NCBI GenBank assembly: GCA_033764315.1
Contig: JANRJA010000164.1
Coordinates: forward strand, 1-20,793
Reading direction: 5' to 3'
DNA from: Oculatellaceae cyanobacterium bins.114
Lineage (GTDB): Bacteria; Cyanobacteriota; Cyanobacteriia; Elainellales; Elainellaceae
Length of the DNA stretch: 20,793 nt
The notes beneath the pieces are model-generated. The model had not been told where the DNA came from. It ran no database searches and was given only the letters and a program-made list of their open reading frames with translations. Each line of letters begins with the position of its first letter. Position 1 is the stretch's first letter. Below are positions 1 through 9,526 of the stretch, piece by piece. A program made the translations under genes and the position numbers.

Positions 1-207
1 GGCTTGGAAAACAATGGGGCAAACGTTACGATTAAGGGTAGAAATTCTTGCGGTAGCAGGTTCATCAGGATAAATCCAACAACTCTTTCCTGATCTTGCT
101 ACCTTTCCTCCACTTCAAAATGGATAAAGTCGAGCTTAGAAGCCAAATCAATTGGTTCACTTGCATTGGTGAAACTCTCTTCTAACGGGCATCTCTGACT
201 TTCTGAC

Positions 208-1497
208 TCAGCCCTCGGCCCTTTCTGACCCTCCTACTCCCCAGGTTTGAACGACTCGCCCGGTGATCGATCGCCCAAACCAGGGAGTGTTGATCGAGTG
301 GGATTTTAAGGTGTGGGGAGTGATCTCCCACGTTTGGTTGGGATCAAATAAGGTCAACTCAGCGGTACTGTTGGGTTGGACAGTGGCAGGCGTTTGCCAC
401 AAACACTGAGCCGGAGCAGTGCTGAGCGATCGCCACAACTCTAGGGCTGACCACTGCCCCGATTCGACAAAGTGGTGCCATAGCAAGGGCAATGCTAGCT
501 CTAGGCCGATCGCCCCTGGCGGTGACTCGGCAAAGGCAACCGTTTTTTCTTCGTAGGTGTAAGGAGTATGGTCAATGGCGATCGCATCAATGATGCCTGC
601 TTGGAGGCCGTTGACCAATGCCTGTCGGTCGTCTGGATTGCCCAACGGGGGATCGAGATGCAAGCTGGGATCATAAGTTGCCACAGCGGTGATATCGAGG
701 AGGAGATGCATCCAGGTGGTGCTGGCGGTGATGGGCAATCCTCGTGCTTTAGCCGTTTGCACCAGTTCGACTCCCCTGGCGGTAGACAGGCGCATCAAGT
801 GAACTGGGGTTCTGAGTTCCTCAATGCATTCCAAAATAGAAGCGATCGCCATTGTTTCTGCCATCACGGGTGTTCCCGGTAGCCCTAGTCTCAACGCTTC
901 TAACCCCTCACGCACGACTCCGCTCCCGGTCAGGTCAGGGTTGCATCCCCAAAGAGCGATCGGCTTATTGAGGGATTGGGCATATTCCAACAGGCGACGG
1001 AGCAGCATTCCAGAGGCTAAGGGGCGTCCATCTGCAAAACCAACGACTTCAGCTGCCGCCAGTTCACTTAGCTCGGTCATTTGCTTGCCCTCAACCCCCA
1101 CCGTTAATGCTCCCCAACAAGAGAGTTGTGTTGAGAGTTGAGGTAGTCCTTTGAGGTGCGATCGCACCCATTCCACCACCGAGGATTGGTCGATCGCAGG
1201 GGTGGTTTGAGGCAAAATGTTGACTCGTGTAAACCCTCCAGCTGTGGCGGATTGCAACAAAGATCTAAGGGTTTCACGAGATTCAAATCCCGGTTCTCCA
1301 GAGTGGCTATACAAATCGACTAACCCTGGCCCCAACACCAAGCCAGGGCGATCGCACACTTGTATATCTTGTGGCACCTCTGTAATGTGCCCCTCCACCG
1401 CTTGAATGACTCCGTCTACAATCAACACATCTGCAACACGATCGGTGTTTGATGTGGGGTCGAGTACCCGCACTTGTCGGATCAATTCACTGGGCAT
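208..1497 (-). CDS. pyrC: Dihydroorotase-family protein, probably a catalytically altered PyrC'-like homolog
   Basis: Amidohydrolase/DHOase-type motifs PGLVDLYSHSGEPG, AGGFT, DPPLG, DAIAIDHTPY and PPGAIGLELALP. The ORF track starts at a GTG at 1521. The ATG at 1497 (MPSELIRQVRVLDP) is taken as the likelier start. Confidence 0.88.
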   Translation of the reverse strand: MPSELIRQVRVLDPTSNTDRVADVLIVDGVIQAVEGHITEVPQDIQVCDRPGLVLGPGLVDLYSHSGEPGFESRETLRSLLQSATAGGFTRVNILPQTTPAIDQSSVVEWVRSHLKGLPQLSTQLSCWGALTVGVEGKQMTELSELAAAEVVGFADGRPLASGMLLRRLLEYAQSLNKPIALWGCNPDLTGSGVVREGLEALRLGLPGTPVMAETMAIASILECIEELRTPVHLMRLSTARGVELVQTAKARGLPITASTTWMHLLLDITAVATYDPSLHLDPPLGNPDDRQALVNGLQAGIIDAIAIDHTPYTYEEKTVAFAESPPGAIGLELALPLLWHHFVESGQWSALELWRSLSTAPAQCLWQTPATVQPNSTAELTLFDPNQTWEITPHTLKSHSINTPWFGRSITGRVVQTWGVGGSERAEG

Positions 1498-1672
1498 GAC
1501 GTGTAATGAGCTGTCAGACACACTAACAGCAATGAAGCTACTTCATCATTATTCATTAAAGAATGAAGGAAGAATGAAAGTCAGGCAGAATGAAAAAACG
1601 AGTGAACCAAGACTAGAGCACTTGTAAATGTGCTTTTGGGCTTCATCCCTGAGCCTTCTTTTTTGCTTTTTT

Positions 1673-3025
1673 TTACAGTGCCCCAGCCGCAGTGCGATCG
1701 AGCACACCCCCTAAATGTGTGGTGATATTGAGAGCTTGAATCATGGGCAGGCTGGTCGGATCAGCTCCATAGTCGATCACAGTGACGGCTCCGTTGCCTT
1801 GTTTAAACGACCAAAAAGCTTCTGGCCCCAACCCGGCCACATGACACAAAATCGCTTTGTTAATTGCGTCATGAGCCACCACCAAGACTGTGGGGACTCG
1901 CTCTTCCGCGGTTGCTGTCGATCGCACAATGTCTTGCCATGCGGCGATCGCTCGATCCCACACTTGTTGAAGGTTTTCGCCTTCTGGCATCTGCACTGTT
2001 TCGGGCGATCGCTGCCACTGTTCTAGTTCGACTGGGTATGCGGCCCGAATCTCCTCCTCTAGCTTGCCTTCCCACAAGCCATGCCCAATCTCACAAAGGC
2101 GATCGTCCAGTTCTAGAGTGATATGCGGGTGTTTCTGCAAAATAATTTCAGCCGTTTCCTTGGGGCGCAACATCGGACTGCTGACAGCGCGATCGATCGC
2201 AATCTCTTGCAAAAACGCGGCAGCTTGTCCCGATTGCACCCGTCCCTGGTCATTCAGCGGCACGTCGATCTGTCCCTGAAACTTTTTCTGGCGGTTCCAA
2301 TCCGTTTCGCCATGACGCACCAGCAACAACCGCACACCTCGCTGATCAGATTTGAGCTTGGGCAGGGGTACGCCCATGTGAGCGGTTAGGTTGACCGACT
2401 CTAACTGAACGGGTTGTCCCAAGTCTCCTGAAAAATTGAGGACGCTGATGCCGCAATTTGATTGATAAAACGCATGATGCCGATCGGCACTTAGCCCAAT
2501 TGCGCTACAGATCAGTGCCCGATTAATGCCGCTGTGTGCTACTACCAGAATGGTTTGCCCTGCATGGTGTGGCAAGATCTCACGCCAAAACTGTTTGGCT
2601 TGCTCAAACAACTCCACCACCGGAAAGAATTGGACGGTTCCTTCTGATGTGTTGAGGTCGATCTTCAATTCGTGGGGGCGATCGCGCCATGCCCGATATT
2701 CATCTGGAAACTGTGACATGACCTCATCAAAAGTCAGTCCTTCCCAGATGGTCAGGTTAATTTCTTTGAGGTTGTCTGTCAGGGTCAACCCTTGAGGAAT
2801 GGCAATATTAGCCGTTGAGACAATGAGTTCGGCTGTTTCTCGTGCTCGCTTTAGAGGGCTGCTATAAACCGCATCAAAAGCGATGCCCTGTAGTGCTGCA
2901 CCCACATTGCGAGCTGCATTTTGCCCGTCCTCGGTCAACGTAGACTCATCGCAATGACCCTGAACTTTTTTTTGAACGTTATAGCTGCTGATGCCGTGGC
3001 GCACCAAAATAACACGGGTAGTCAG
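1673..3025 (-). CDS. Two-domain histidine phosphatase (phosphoglycerate mutase-like family; possibly the cyanobacterial phosphoserine phosphatase)
   Basis: Two RHG motifs (VILVRHGISS, LLLVRHGETDWN), SSPLKRA/SSPMLRP and VVAH motifs. Start placed at a CTG at 3025 preceded by GGAGG. The ORF-track GTG start at 3067 is the alternative. Confidence 0.88.
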   Translation of the reverse strand: MTTRVILVRHGISSYNVQKKVQGHCDESTLTEDGQNAARNVGAALQGIAFDAVYSSPLKRARETAELIVSTANIAIPQGLTLTDNLKEINLTIWEGLTFDEVMSQFPDEYRAWRDRPHELKIDLNTSEGTVQFFPVVELFEQAKQFWREILPHHAGQTILVVAHSGINRALICSAIGLSADRHHAFYQSNCGISVLNFSGDLGQPVQLESVNLTAHMGVPLPKLKSDQRGVRLLLVRHGETDWNRQKKFQGQIDVPLNDQGRVQSGQAAAFLQEIAIDRAVSSPMLRPKETAEIILQKHPHITLELDDRLCEIGHGLWEGKLEEEIRAAYPVELEQWQRSPETVQMPEGENLQQVWDRAIAAWQDIVRSTATAEERVPTVLVVAHDAINKAILCHVAGLGPEAFWSFKQGNGAVTVIDYGADPTSLPMIQALNITTHLGGVLDRTAAGAL

Positions 3026-3273
3026 GGCTTTGTCCTCCAATTCGATGAACAGCTCAACCAGATGCACGCTCTAGGTGCATCGTTGTGATCAGATGCATTC
3101 TACCCTGGATTCGCTCACCCTCTTGAACTCCGCCCAGATCCCTGAAATCTATTTCCGGTGCCTTATGTCATCCGCAACAGTCAGCCCTCATAATCAAATA
3201 GGATGGAGTCTTTGGCTGTATTGCAGAACATCTGCGAGAATCCATCATAAGCAACATTCAGTAGGAAGCAAGG

Positions 3274-4845
3274 ATGACCTCAGTACCGTTCAAACCAAAG
3301 CAATTTATTTTGGGTGCACTGGCAATTTTGGTGGTCATCTATGTTGGCTTTGCCCTATTAAGCAGCTTTGGTGAACAGCAGATTAGCAGTCGCTTAGAGC
3401 TATATCAGACAGATTTGCTGTTGCACGTCACTGAGGTGCCTGCTGAAAACGAATTTGGGTTTAATAGTGACACTCGTAAAGCGGTGTTAGGCGAAGAACC
3501 TGTCAAAACCGCTTTAGAGGAATATCAAGAACTGAGGAAATCGGCTGCAACTAATTTGTCTCGCTTGAGCGATCGCCTCAATCAGACACTAGCAGAATCG
3601 AATCCTTCCACTCAGACTGATGCAGGGGTTGAAACGCTCAAAACAACCCTCAGTCAACAGCAAGAGTTGATTACCCAACTCGACTTACGCATTGGTCTAT
3701 TGCAAACCCAAACTGCTGCAATACCCGCTGCCTTGCAAACCTGGTCTGAAATTGCCAACTCAGCCAGCCCAAGTACCCTGTCGGAAACCGCCCGTGTTTT
3801 GACCGGTTTGTGGTCTGAGCCACCCCGCCTTTTGCCCGATGCCGAAGCTCAACTACAAAAGAACCTGGATGGCTGGTTTCGTTATGTGGCGTTGCGGCGA
3901 CTCTATCAACTGCAACAGCGATCCGATGTCCTCACCGAACTGCAAACCGCAGAGCAAGCAGTAGCCCAACAAACCCTGTTTAAACTGGTGTTGGGGAATA
4001 CGTTGCCGCTAGTGGGTAGCTTGATCGGAGCTATATTGCTGATTTTTCTGGTTGTGCAACGCATCTTGCAGGGTAAACAGGCCTTGTTAGAGCAGAATGC
4101 TGATGTTCCCTGGGAAACCCGCTGGGGGTGGGAAACCATTTTGCAAGTGCTGGTGGTTGGCTTTTTCTTTTTTGGTCAATTTATTGTGCCCTTTCTGGTC
4201 AAGCTAGGGGTGTCAGTCCTGCCCCAGTTATTGCGCACCTTTGGAGAAAGCAGCCTGCTGACCGAAAGCCGACTGCAAGCCTTTTCTGCATTGACCTATT
4301 ACTTGTTGATGGCAGGCATTGCCCTCCTGATTCTCTATGTCTCGGTCAAGCCATTCTTTCCCTTGCCAGCGTATTGGTTTCGCTTTCAAGGACAGGGGAA
4401 TTGGTTTTTGTGGGGCTTTGGCGGCTACTTGGTCGCGTTACCTCTGATGATTTTGGTGTCGTTGGTCAATCAACAAATTTGGCAGGGGCAAGGTGGCAGT
4501 AACCCACTCCTTAAAATTATTTTGGAGGAAGCCGATCCCCTGTCGTTGGGCATCTTTTTCTTTACAGCGGCGATTGCGGCTCCCTTGTTTGAGGAAACGC
4601 TGTTTCGTGGATTTTTGTTGCCCTCTCTGACCCGCTATGTTCCTGTTTCGGGTGCGATCGCCATTAGCAGTGTGATCTTTGCGATCGCCCACCTCAGTCT
4701 CTCTGAGGTCATTCCTCTGGCGTTACTAGGAGCTGTGTTAGGCATTGTCTATACGCGGTCGCGCAGTTTGCTCTCGCCAATGTTGTTGCATAGTTTGTGG
4801 AACAGCGGCACCATGATTGGCTTGCTCATTTTGGGTAGTGGCTAA
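3274..4845 (+). CDS. CPBP family (CAAX/Abi) intramembrane glutamic protease with a large N-terminal soluble region
   Basis: C-terminal multi-TM region with FEETLFRG (EExxxR), FAIAH and HSLWN motifs; N-terminal hydrophobic anchor; divergent from the phosphatase gene. Confidence 0.88.
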   Translation: MTSVPFKPKQFILGALAILVVIYVGFALLSSFGEQQISSRLELYQTDLLLHVTEVPAENEFGFNSDTRKAVLGEEPVKTALEEYQELRKSAATNLSRLSDRLNQTLAESNPSTQTDAGVETLKTTLSQQQELITQLDLRIGLLQTQTAAIPAALQTWSEIANSASPSTLSETARVLTGLWSEPPRLLPDAEAQLQKNLDGWFRYVALRRLYQLQQRSDVLTELQTAEQAVAQQTLFKLVLGNTLPLVGSLIGAILLIFLVVQRILQGKQALLEQNADVPWETRWGWETILQVLVVGFFFFGQFIVPFLVKLGVSVLPQLLRTFGESSLLTESRLQAFSALTYYLLMAGIALLILYVSVKPFFPLPAYWFRFQGQGNWFLWGFGGYLVALPLMILVSLVNQQIWQGQGGSNPLLKIILEEADPLSLGIFFFTAAIAAPLFEETLFRGFLLPSLTRYVPVSGAIAISSVIFAIAHLSLSEVIPLALLGAVLGIVYTRSRSLLSPMLLHSLWNSGTMIGLLILGSG

Positions 4846-4985
4846 GCCAAAGGGATCAAAAATGACCACGCGCTATACAGGTGGATAGATGTGACACCAC
4901 TCGAAAACCATCGCTAGTCCACTCCAATCTCTGGGAACCCTAACACTTGAGCCATTAGAAGGGGCCTTGCTCCTGAGGATTGAGT

Positions 4986-7900
4986 ATGGGTTGTCGCAAA
5001 ACGTCTCTACGATTTTGGTTAGTCGTACCCTTTATTGTGCAAATGGCGGCTACGGTCGGGTTAGTGGGCTATCTCTCATTAAAGACGGGACGCGAAAGTG
5101 TCGATGATATCTCCTCTCAATTGCGGCAAGAACTCAGTAACCGCATTCAACAACAGCTCAAAAGCTATGTTGAGACTCCGTTTTTGCTCAACGACATGAA
5201 TGCGATCGCGATGGCGGAGAACAAGCTCGACTTGACCCGCTTGGAAGATGCTCGTCCATTTTGGCAACAAGCCCAAAATTTCTCAGCGACCAACCTGATC
5301 TATTGTGGCAGGCAGGCAGACGGAGCGTTTATGGGGGTAGGGCAAGACAACTCAACGACCCACCCTTCTCTAAAGATTCAATTCAGTAACGCTGCCACCA
5401 ACTATTACTTCAACTACGCCTATTTCAATGGGGCTGGAGACATTGTTGTCACCGATCGAACTTTAGATCGGCAATACGATCCGCGCAAACGTCCCTGGTA
5501 TATTGCAGCCCAAACCAAAGGGACAGCCACTTGGAGCGATATCTATCTCGATTTTGATGATCTGGTTCCAGTCATTACCGCCAGTGAACCCGTTTACGAT
5601 CGCGACGGAGCGTTGGTAGGAGTTTGCGCGACTGATTTTCTGTTGTCGGTCGAGTTAGATTCATTCCTCAGCCAACTCAGCATTGGTAAATCGGGGGAGA
5701 CGTTTATCATTGAGCGATCGGGCCTATTGGTCTCCAGTTCCACATCTGACGAAGAAAAACTATTAACGGGTGAAGGAGAATCCACTGAGCGATTGGCAGC
5801 TACCCAAAGCCAAAACTGGTTAGTGCGAGAGACTGCCAATCATTTGCTTGAAGAGTTTGGCAATCTAAACCAAATTAAGTCAGTTCAACAAATTAGCTTT
5901 GAGTACAACGGTAAACAACTAGTTCAGGTAGTCCCTTTTCAAGATGACTACGGTCTAGACTGGTTGATTGTCGTAGTCGTGCCAGAGACTGACTTCATAG
6001 CACCGATTCAAAGCAACACTTACATCACTATCTGGCTGTGTTTAATTGCACTGGGCATTGCAACCCAAGTCGGGGTTCTGACAGCTCGCCACATTACAAA
6101 ACCACTGCTGCAATTAAATGCTGGAGCTAGAAAAATTGCTGATGGCGACTGGGATCAATCCATCAACCTGACTCGCACTGATGAAGTCGGAGATCTGGCG
6201 CGATCGTTTAACCACATGGTTAGCCAATTGAAAAAGACGTTTGCCGAAAAATCTGAACTCGACCAAGCACTGACTCACAAACAGGCTCAACTAAGCCAGA
6301 TTTTGGAAGCTTTGCCCATTGGGGTAGCTATGATCAAACGCAATGGAGATCACCAAAATAGCTATCTTAATCAAGCTGGAAAACAACTCCTAAACCTGGA
6401 AGGCGACTCTACACAGCTAATCGACCAACTGAACAACTATCCCATTTGTCAAACAGACTCTCAACAGTCCTGCTCCTTAGATACAATGCCTCTGCTGCGA
6501 GCACTGCAAGGCGAAACAGTCAGCCTTGATGCATTGGAAATCCATCGATCTGATGGACAGGTTATCCTGCTAGAGATCCGAGCCATTCCAGTGCTGGATG
6601 ACCAAGGAGAAGTCGTCTACGCTATCTCAACTTTTCAAGACATCAGTCAACGCAAGCAAGCCGAATCGTCTCTCCGGGAACAGGAAGCCCAGTTTCGCCG
6701 CATTGCCGAGAGTGTGCCAGGAGTGCTCTATCGCTATGTCGTTCACACTGACGGGCGATCGCACTTTGCCTATATTAGCCCTCGCTGTCGAGAGATCTTT
6801 GAACTCGAACCAGAGGCCATTCTGCAAGATGAACAAGCCTTCTGGTCACTGCTAGAGGACGATGACATCGCCATTCTGCAAAAGTCTTTTGACTTGGGTG
6901 CTCACACCCTGCAACCACGACCCATTGAGCTACGGCTCACCACCCCTTCGGGACAATGTAAATACATTCAGGTGCAGTCCTGTGTGGATCGACTGCCCAA
7001 CGGAGATGTCGTTTGGGATGGCATTGTGGTCGATTTCACAGAACGGAAATGGATCGCGCATTTATTAGAGGAATACAACCAATCTCTCGAACGGGAAGTC
7101 CACGATCGCACCCTCGCTCTAGAACAAGAGATTGCGGAGCGCAAACAAATTGAGATAGCTTTGCGCGAGAGTGAAGCCCAGAACCAGGCAATGGTGGCTG
7201 CTTTACCTGATCTGATGTTTTGTTTGGATGAAAATGGCACCTATTTAGGTTATTTCAGAACGAACTACGTCACAGATTTAGTCTCGACACGAGACAATCC
7301 AGTGGGCAAAACCGTTTATGAAATGTTGCCTACACATGTCGCTGATCGGCATATAGAATACATCCACAAAGCACTGGCGACGGGGCAATTGCAAACCTAT
7401 GAACAAGTAATCCAAATCGACTACATCCTGCAATATGAAGAAGTGCGGGTGATGCCAACTGCTAATGGTCAAGTGTTGTTTCTAATTCGAGACATTAGCG
7501 ATCGCAAGCAGATGGAAGTTCAACTTCAAGCCCAACAAGAATTCCTCAAAAATATTGTCGATGTCTGCCCCTATCCCATCTTTGTTAAAGATGCTGATGG
7601 ACGCTTCTTATTGCTCAATCAAGCTTGCACGCTTATTTACGGTAAGCCAATTGCAGAGATGCTGGGTAAGCGAGATGCTGACTTCAACACGAATCCAGAC
7701 CAAGTCGAGAAATTTATCCAGAGTAATCAAGTGGTGATGCGAACCCTTGAGACACAAATATTTCCAGACACAGCCATTGTTGACATGCATGGCGTAACCC
7801 ATTGGTATCAAACCATCATCAAACCACTCATCGATACCCAAGGACAGGTTCAGGGCATCGTCGGCTCTGCGGTAGACATTAGCGATCGCAAATATGCTGA

Positions 7901-9356
7901 AGCTGCCCTCCAACAGGCGAAGGAATCTGCCGAAGCAGCCAATCGTGCAAAAAGCTCCTTTCTGGCAGGCATGAGCCACGAACTCCGTACCCCGCTTAAC
8001 GCCATTCTAGGGTTTGCCCAAATCATGCAACGAGACGCTGGCATCAATGCAGAGCAAAAACGCAACCTCGAAATTATTAATCGCAGCGGCGAACACCTAT
8101 TGGGCTTGATTAACAGCGTTTTAGATCTATCGAAGATTGAGGCTGGGCATCTGGAACTGAACGAAAATAGCTTTGACCTGCTCAACCTGATTCAGACCGT
8201 GGATGCCATGCTGCAAATTCGGGCAACCTTAAAAGGCATTCAACTGAATGTCGAGCTTGACCCGGATGTTCCTCATGTCATCATTGCTGACCCTGGTAAA
8301 CTGCGGCAAATTTTGATTAATCTCATTGGCAATGCCATTAAATTTACCGATGTAGGTAGTGTCACATTACGAGTTAAACGGAGTTCCTCAACATCCCTAG
8401 ATCACAAGCCGATATCGCACTGCTCGCTTCGCTTTGAGATCCAGGACACCGGAGTTGGAATCGCCGCTAATGATATCGATCGCATTTTTGAAGCGTTTGA
8501 ACAAACCAGTTCTGGCAAGAAACTAACGGAAGGAACGGGCTTAGGGTTAACGCTTAGCCGCAAATTTGTAGAACTTATGGGCGGTAGCATCTCCGTCAGC
8601 AGCGTTCTCAATCAAGGCAGCACTTTTGGGTTTGATATTGTTGTCGAGGTAGGTGACACATTACAGGAACAGCCAACCCAATCTGATCGCCTCGTTATCG
8701 GCTTAAGCCAACATCGAGATACTTACCGCATTCTGGCGGTGGATGATCAACCGGAAAACCGAGAATTGTTGGTCAAGCTGCTAGAACCGATTGGGTTCTT
8801 GGTGAAAACAGCAGCCAATGGCGAAGAGGCGATCGCTCTTTGGCAAGACTGGCATCCGCATTTAATCTTGATGGACATTCGTATGCCAGTTCTAAACGGC
8901 ATGGAAGCAACAGAACACATTCGCCTACAAGAGCAAACAGCAAACCACTCAAGTCACACTCAGATCATTGCCCTATCAGCTAGCGTCTTCCAAGCAGATC
9001 GCGATCGCGCTCTCACGCTAGGATGCGACGGGTTTTTGAAGAAGCCTTTCCGCAGCAACGAACTATTAGACAAACTGGCTCATTACCTTGATTTGCACTA
9101 TATCTACGCGGATCAAGATTCTCCAGAGATTTCAACCCAACCGTTTAACTTTGCAACCGCATTCAAAACCGTACCTCCTTCCTGGGTTGAGCAACTCCAT
9201 CAAGTCACCAGCACAGGCGATGATGTCGCCATCATGAATTTGTTATCACAGCTTTCCAACAACCACAGCCAACTCACAACAGAATTGAGCCATTTAGCTC
9301 AACGATTTGAGTTTGACCGCATCTTGTCGATCCTGGAGGGGAACTATAACGAGTAG
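4986..9356 (+). CDS. Hybrid sensor histidine kinase (TM-Cache-TM-HAMP-4xPAS-HisKA-HATPase-REC)
   Basis: Cache-type YDPRKRPWY; HAMP (DEVGDLARSFNHM); four PAS/PAC ends (QDIS, VDFT, RDIS, VDIS); H-box MSHELRTPLN; N-box LINLIGNAIKFT; G-boxes DTGVGI and GTGLGL; REC (VDD...LMDIRMP...KKP). GAGGA lies 6 nt before the ATG at 4986. The ORF track starts at a TTG at 4980. Confidence 0.93.
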   Translation: MGCRKTSLRFWLVVPFIVQMAATVGLVGYLSLKTGRESVDDISSQLRQELSNRIQQQLKSYVETPFLLNDMNAIAMAENKLDLTRLEDARPFWQQAQNFSATNLIYCGRQADGAFMGVGQDNSTTHPSLKIQFSNAATNYYFNYAYFNGAGDIVVTDRTLDRQYDPRKRPWYIAAQTKGTATWSDIYLDFDDLVPVITASEPVYDRDGALVGVCATDFLLSVELDSFLSQLSIGKSGETFIIERSGLLVSSSTSDEEKLLTGEGESTERLAATQSQNWLVRETANHLLEEFGNLNQIKSVQQISFEYNGKQLVQVVPFQDDYGLDWLIVVVVPETDFIAPIQSNTYITIWLCLIALGIATQVGVLTARHITKPLLQLNAGARKIADGDWDQSINLTRTDEVGDLARSFNHMVSQLKKTFAEKSELDQALTHKQAQLSQILEALPIGVAMIKRNGDHQNSYLNQAGKQLLNLEGDSTQLIDQLNNYPICQTDSQQSCSLDTMPLLRALQGETVSLDALEIHRSDGQVILLEIRAIPVLDDQGEVVYAISTFQDISQRKQAESSLREQEAQFRRIAESVPGVLYRYVVHTDGRSHFAYISPRCREIFELEPEAILQDEQAFWSLLEDDDIAILQKSFDLGAHTLQPRPIELRLTTPSGQCKYIQVQSCVDRLPNGDVVWDGIVVDFTERKWIAHLLEEYNQSLEREVHDRTLALEQEIAERKQIEIALRESEAQNQAMVAALPDLMFCLDENGTYLGYFRTNYVTDLVSTRDNPVGKTVYEMLPTHVADRHIEYIHKALATGQLQTYEQVIQIDYILQYEEVRVMPTANGQVLFLIRDISDRKQMEVQLQAQQEFLKNIVDVCPYPIFVKDADGRFLLLNQACTLIYGKPIAEMLGKRDADFNTNPDQVEKFIQSNQVVMRTLETQIFPDTAIVDMHGVTHWYQTIIKPLIDTQGQVQGIVGSAVDISDRKYAEAALQQAKESAEAANRAKSSFLAGMSHELRTPLNAILGFAQIMQRDAGINAEQKRNLEIINRSGEHLLGLINSVLDLSKIEAGHLELNENSFDLLNLIQTVDAMLQIRATLKGIQLNVELDPDVPHVIIADPGKLRQILINLIGNAIKFTDVGSVTLRVKRSSSTSLDHKPISHCSLRFEIQDTGVGIAANDIDRIFEAFEQTSSGKKLTEGTGLGLTLSRKFVELMGGSISVSSVLNQGSTFGFDIVVEVGDTLQEQPTQSDRLVIGLSQHRDTYRILAVDDQPENRELLVKLLEPIGFLVKTAANGEEAIALWQDWHPHLILMDIRMPVLNGMEATEHIRLQEQTANHSSHTQIIALSASVFQADRDRALTLGCDGFLKKPFRSNELLDKLAHYLDLHYIYADQDSPEISTQPFNFATAFKTVPPSWVEQLHQVTSTGDDVAIMNLLSQLSNNHSQLTTELSHLAQRFEFDRILSILEGNYNE

Positions 9357-9362
9357 GTCAAT

Positions 9363-9481
9363 CTAATACCAATTTGAGTTATGAAAGCGACACATCAGAT
9401 CCTCTTGTCCTTATCAAAGGGGACTGAGGGGGATCAGTTCGGGGCGATGATCTGTCGTAAAGACTGTTTCAGTTGGTATAA
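9363..9481. mobile_element. MITE-like small nested inverted-repeat element
   Basis: Ends TAATACCAAT (9364) and GTTGGTATAA (9472-9481) are inverted. Nested inverted pairs are CGACA/TGTCG, GATCC/GGATC and GTCC/GGAC around a core resembling the cyanobacterial CCCCTT..AAGGGG..GGGGATC repeat. Confidence 0.6.
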
Positions 9482-9526
9482 CAACCCATCGATCAAACCC
9501 TAGCAATCGTCTCTCAATAGGAAATA

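Noticed and set aside
1639..1672. Plus-strand terminator-like hairpin with T-tract implying an antisense RNA
   Set aside because: The stem is only 4-5 bp and sits among heptamer-like and A/T runs at a gene end. This is not enough evidence for a transcript.
3075..3374. 99-aa ORF in the divergent promoter region
   Set aside because: It overlaps the CPBP gene out of frame and has no recognisable features.
3274..4845. CPBP/Abi protease as a phage-defence or bacteriocin-immunity gene
   Set aside because: It lies in a housekeeping context with no toxin, bacteriocin or defence neighbours. The Abi name of this family does not imply abortive infection.
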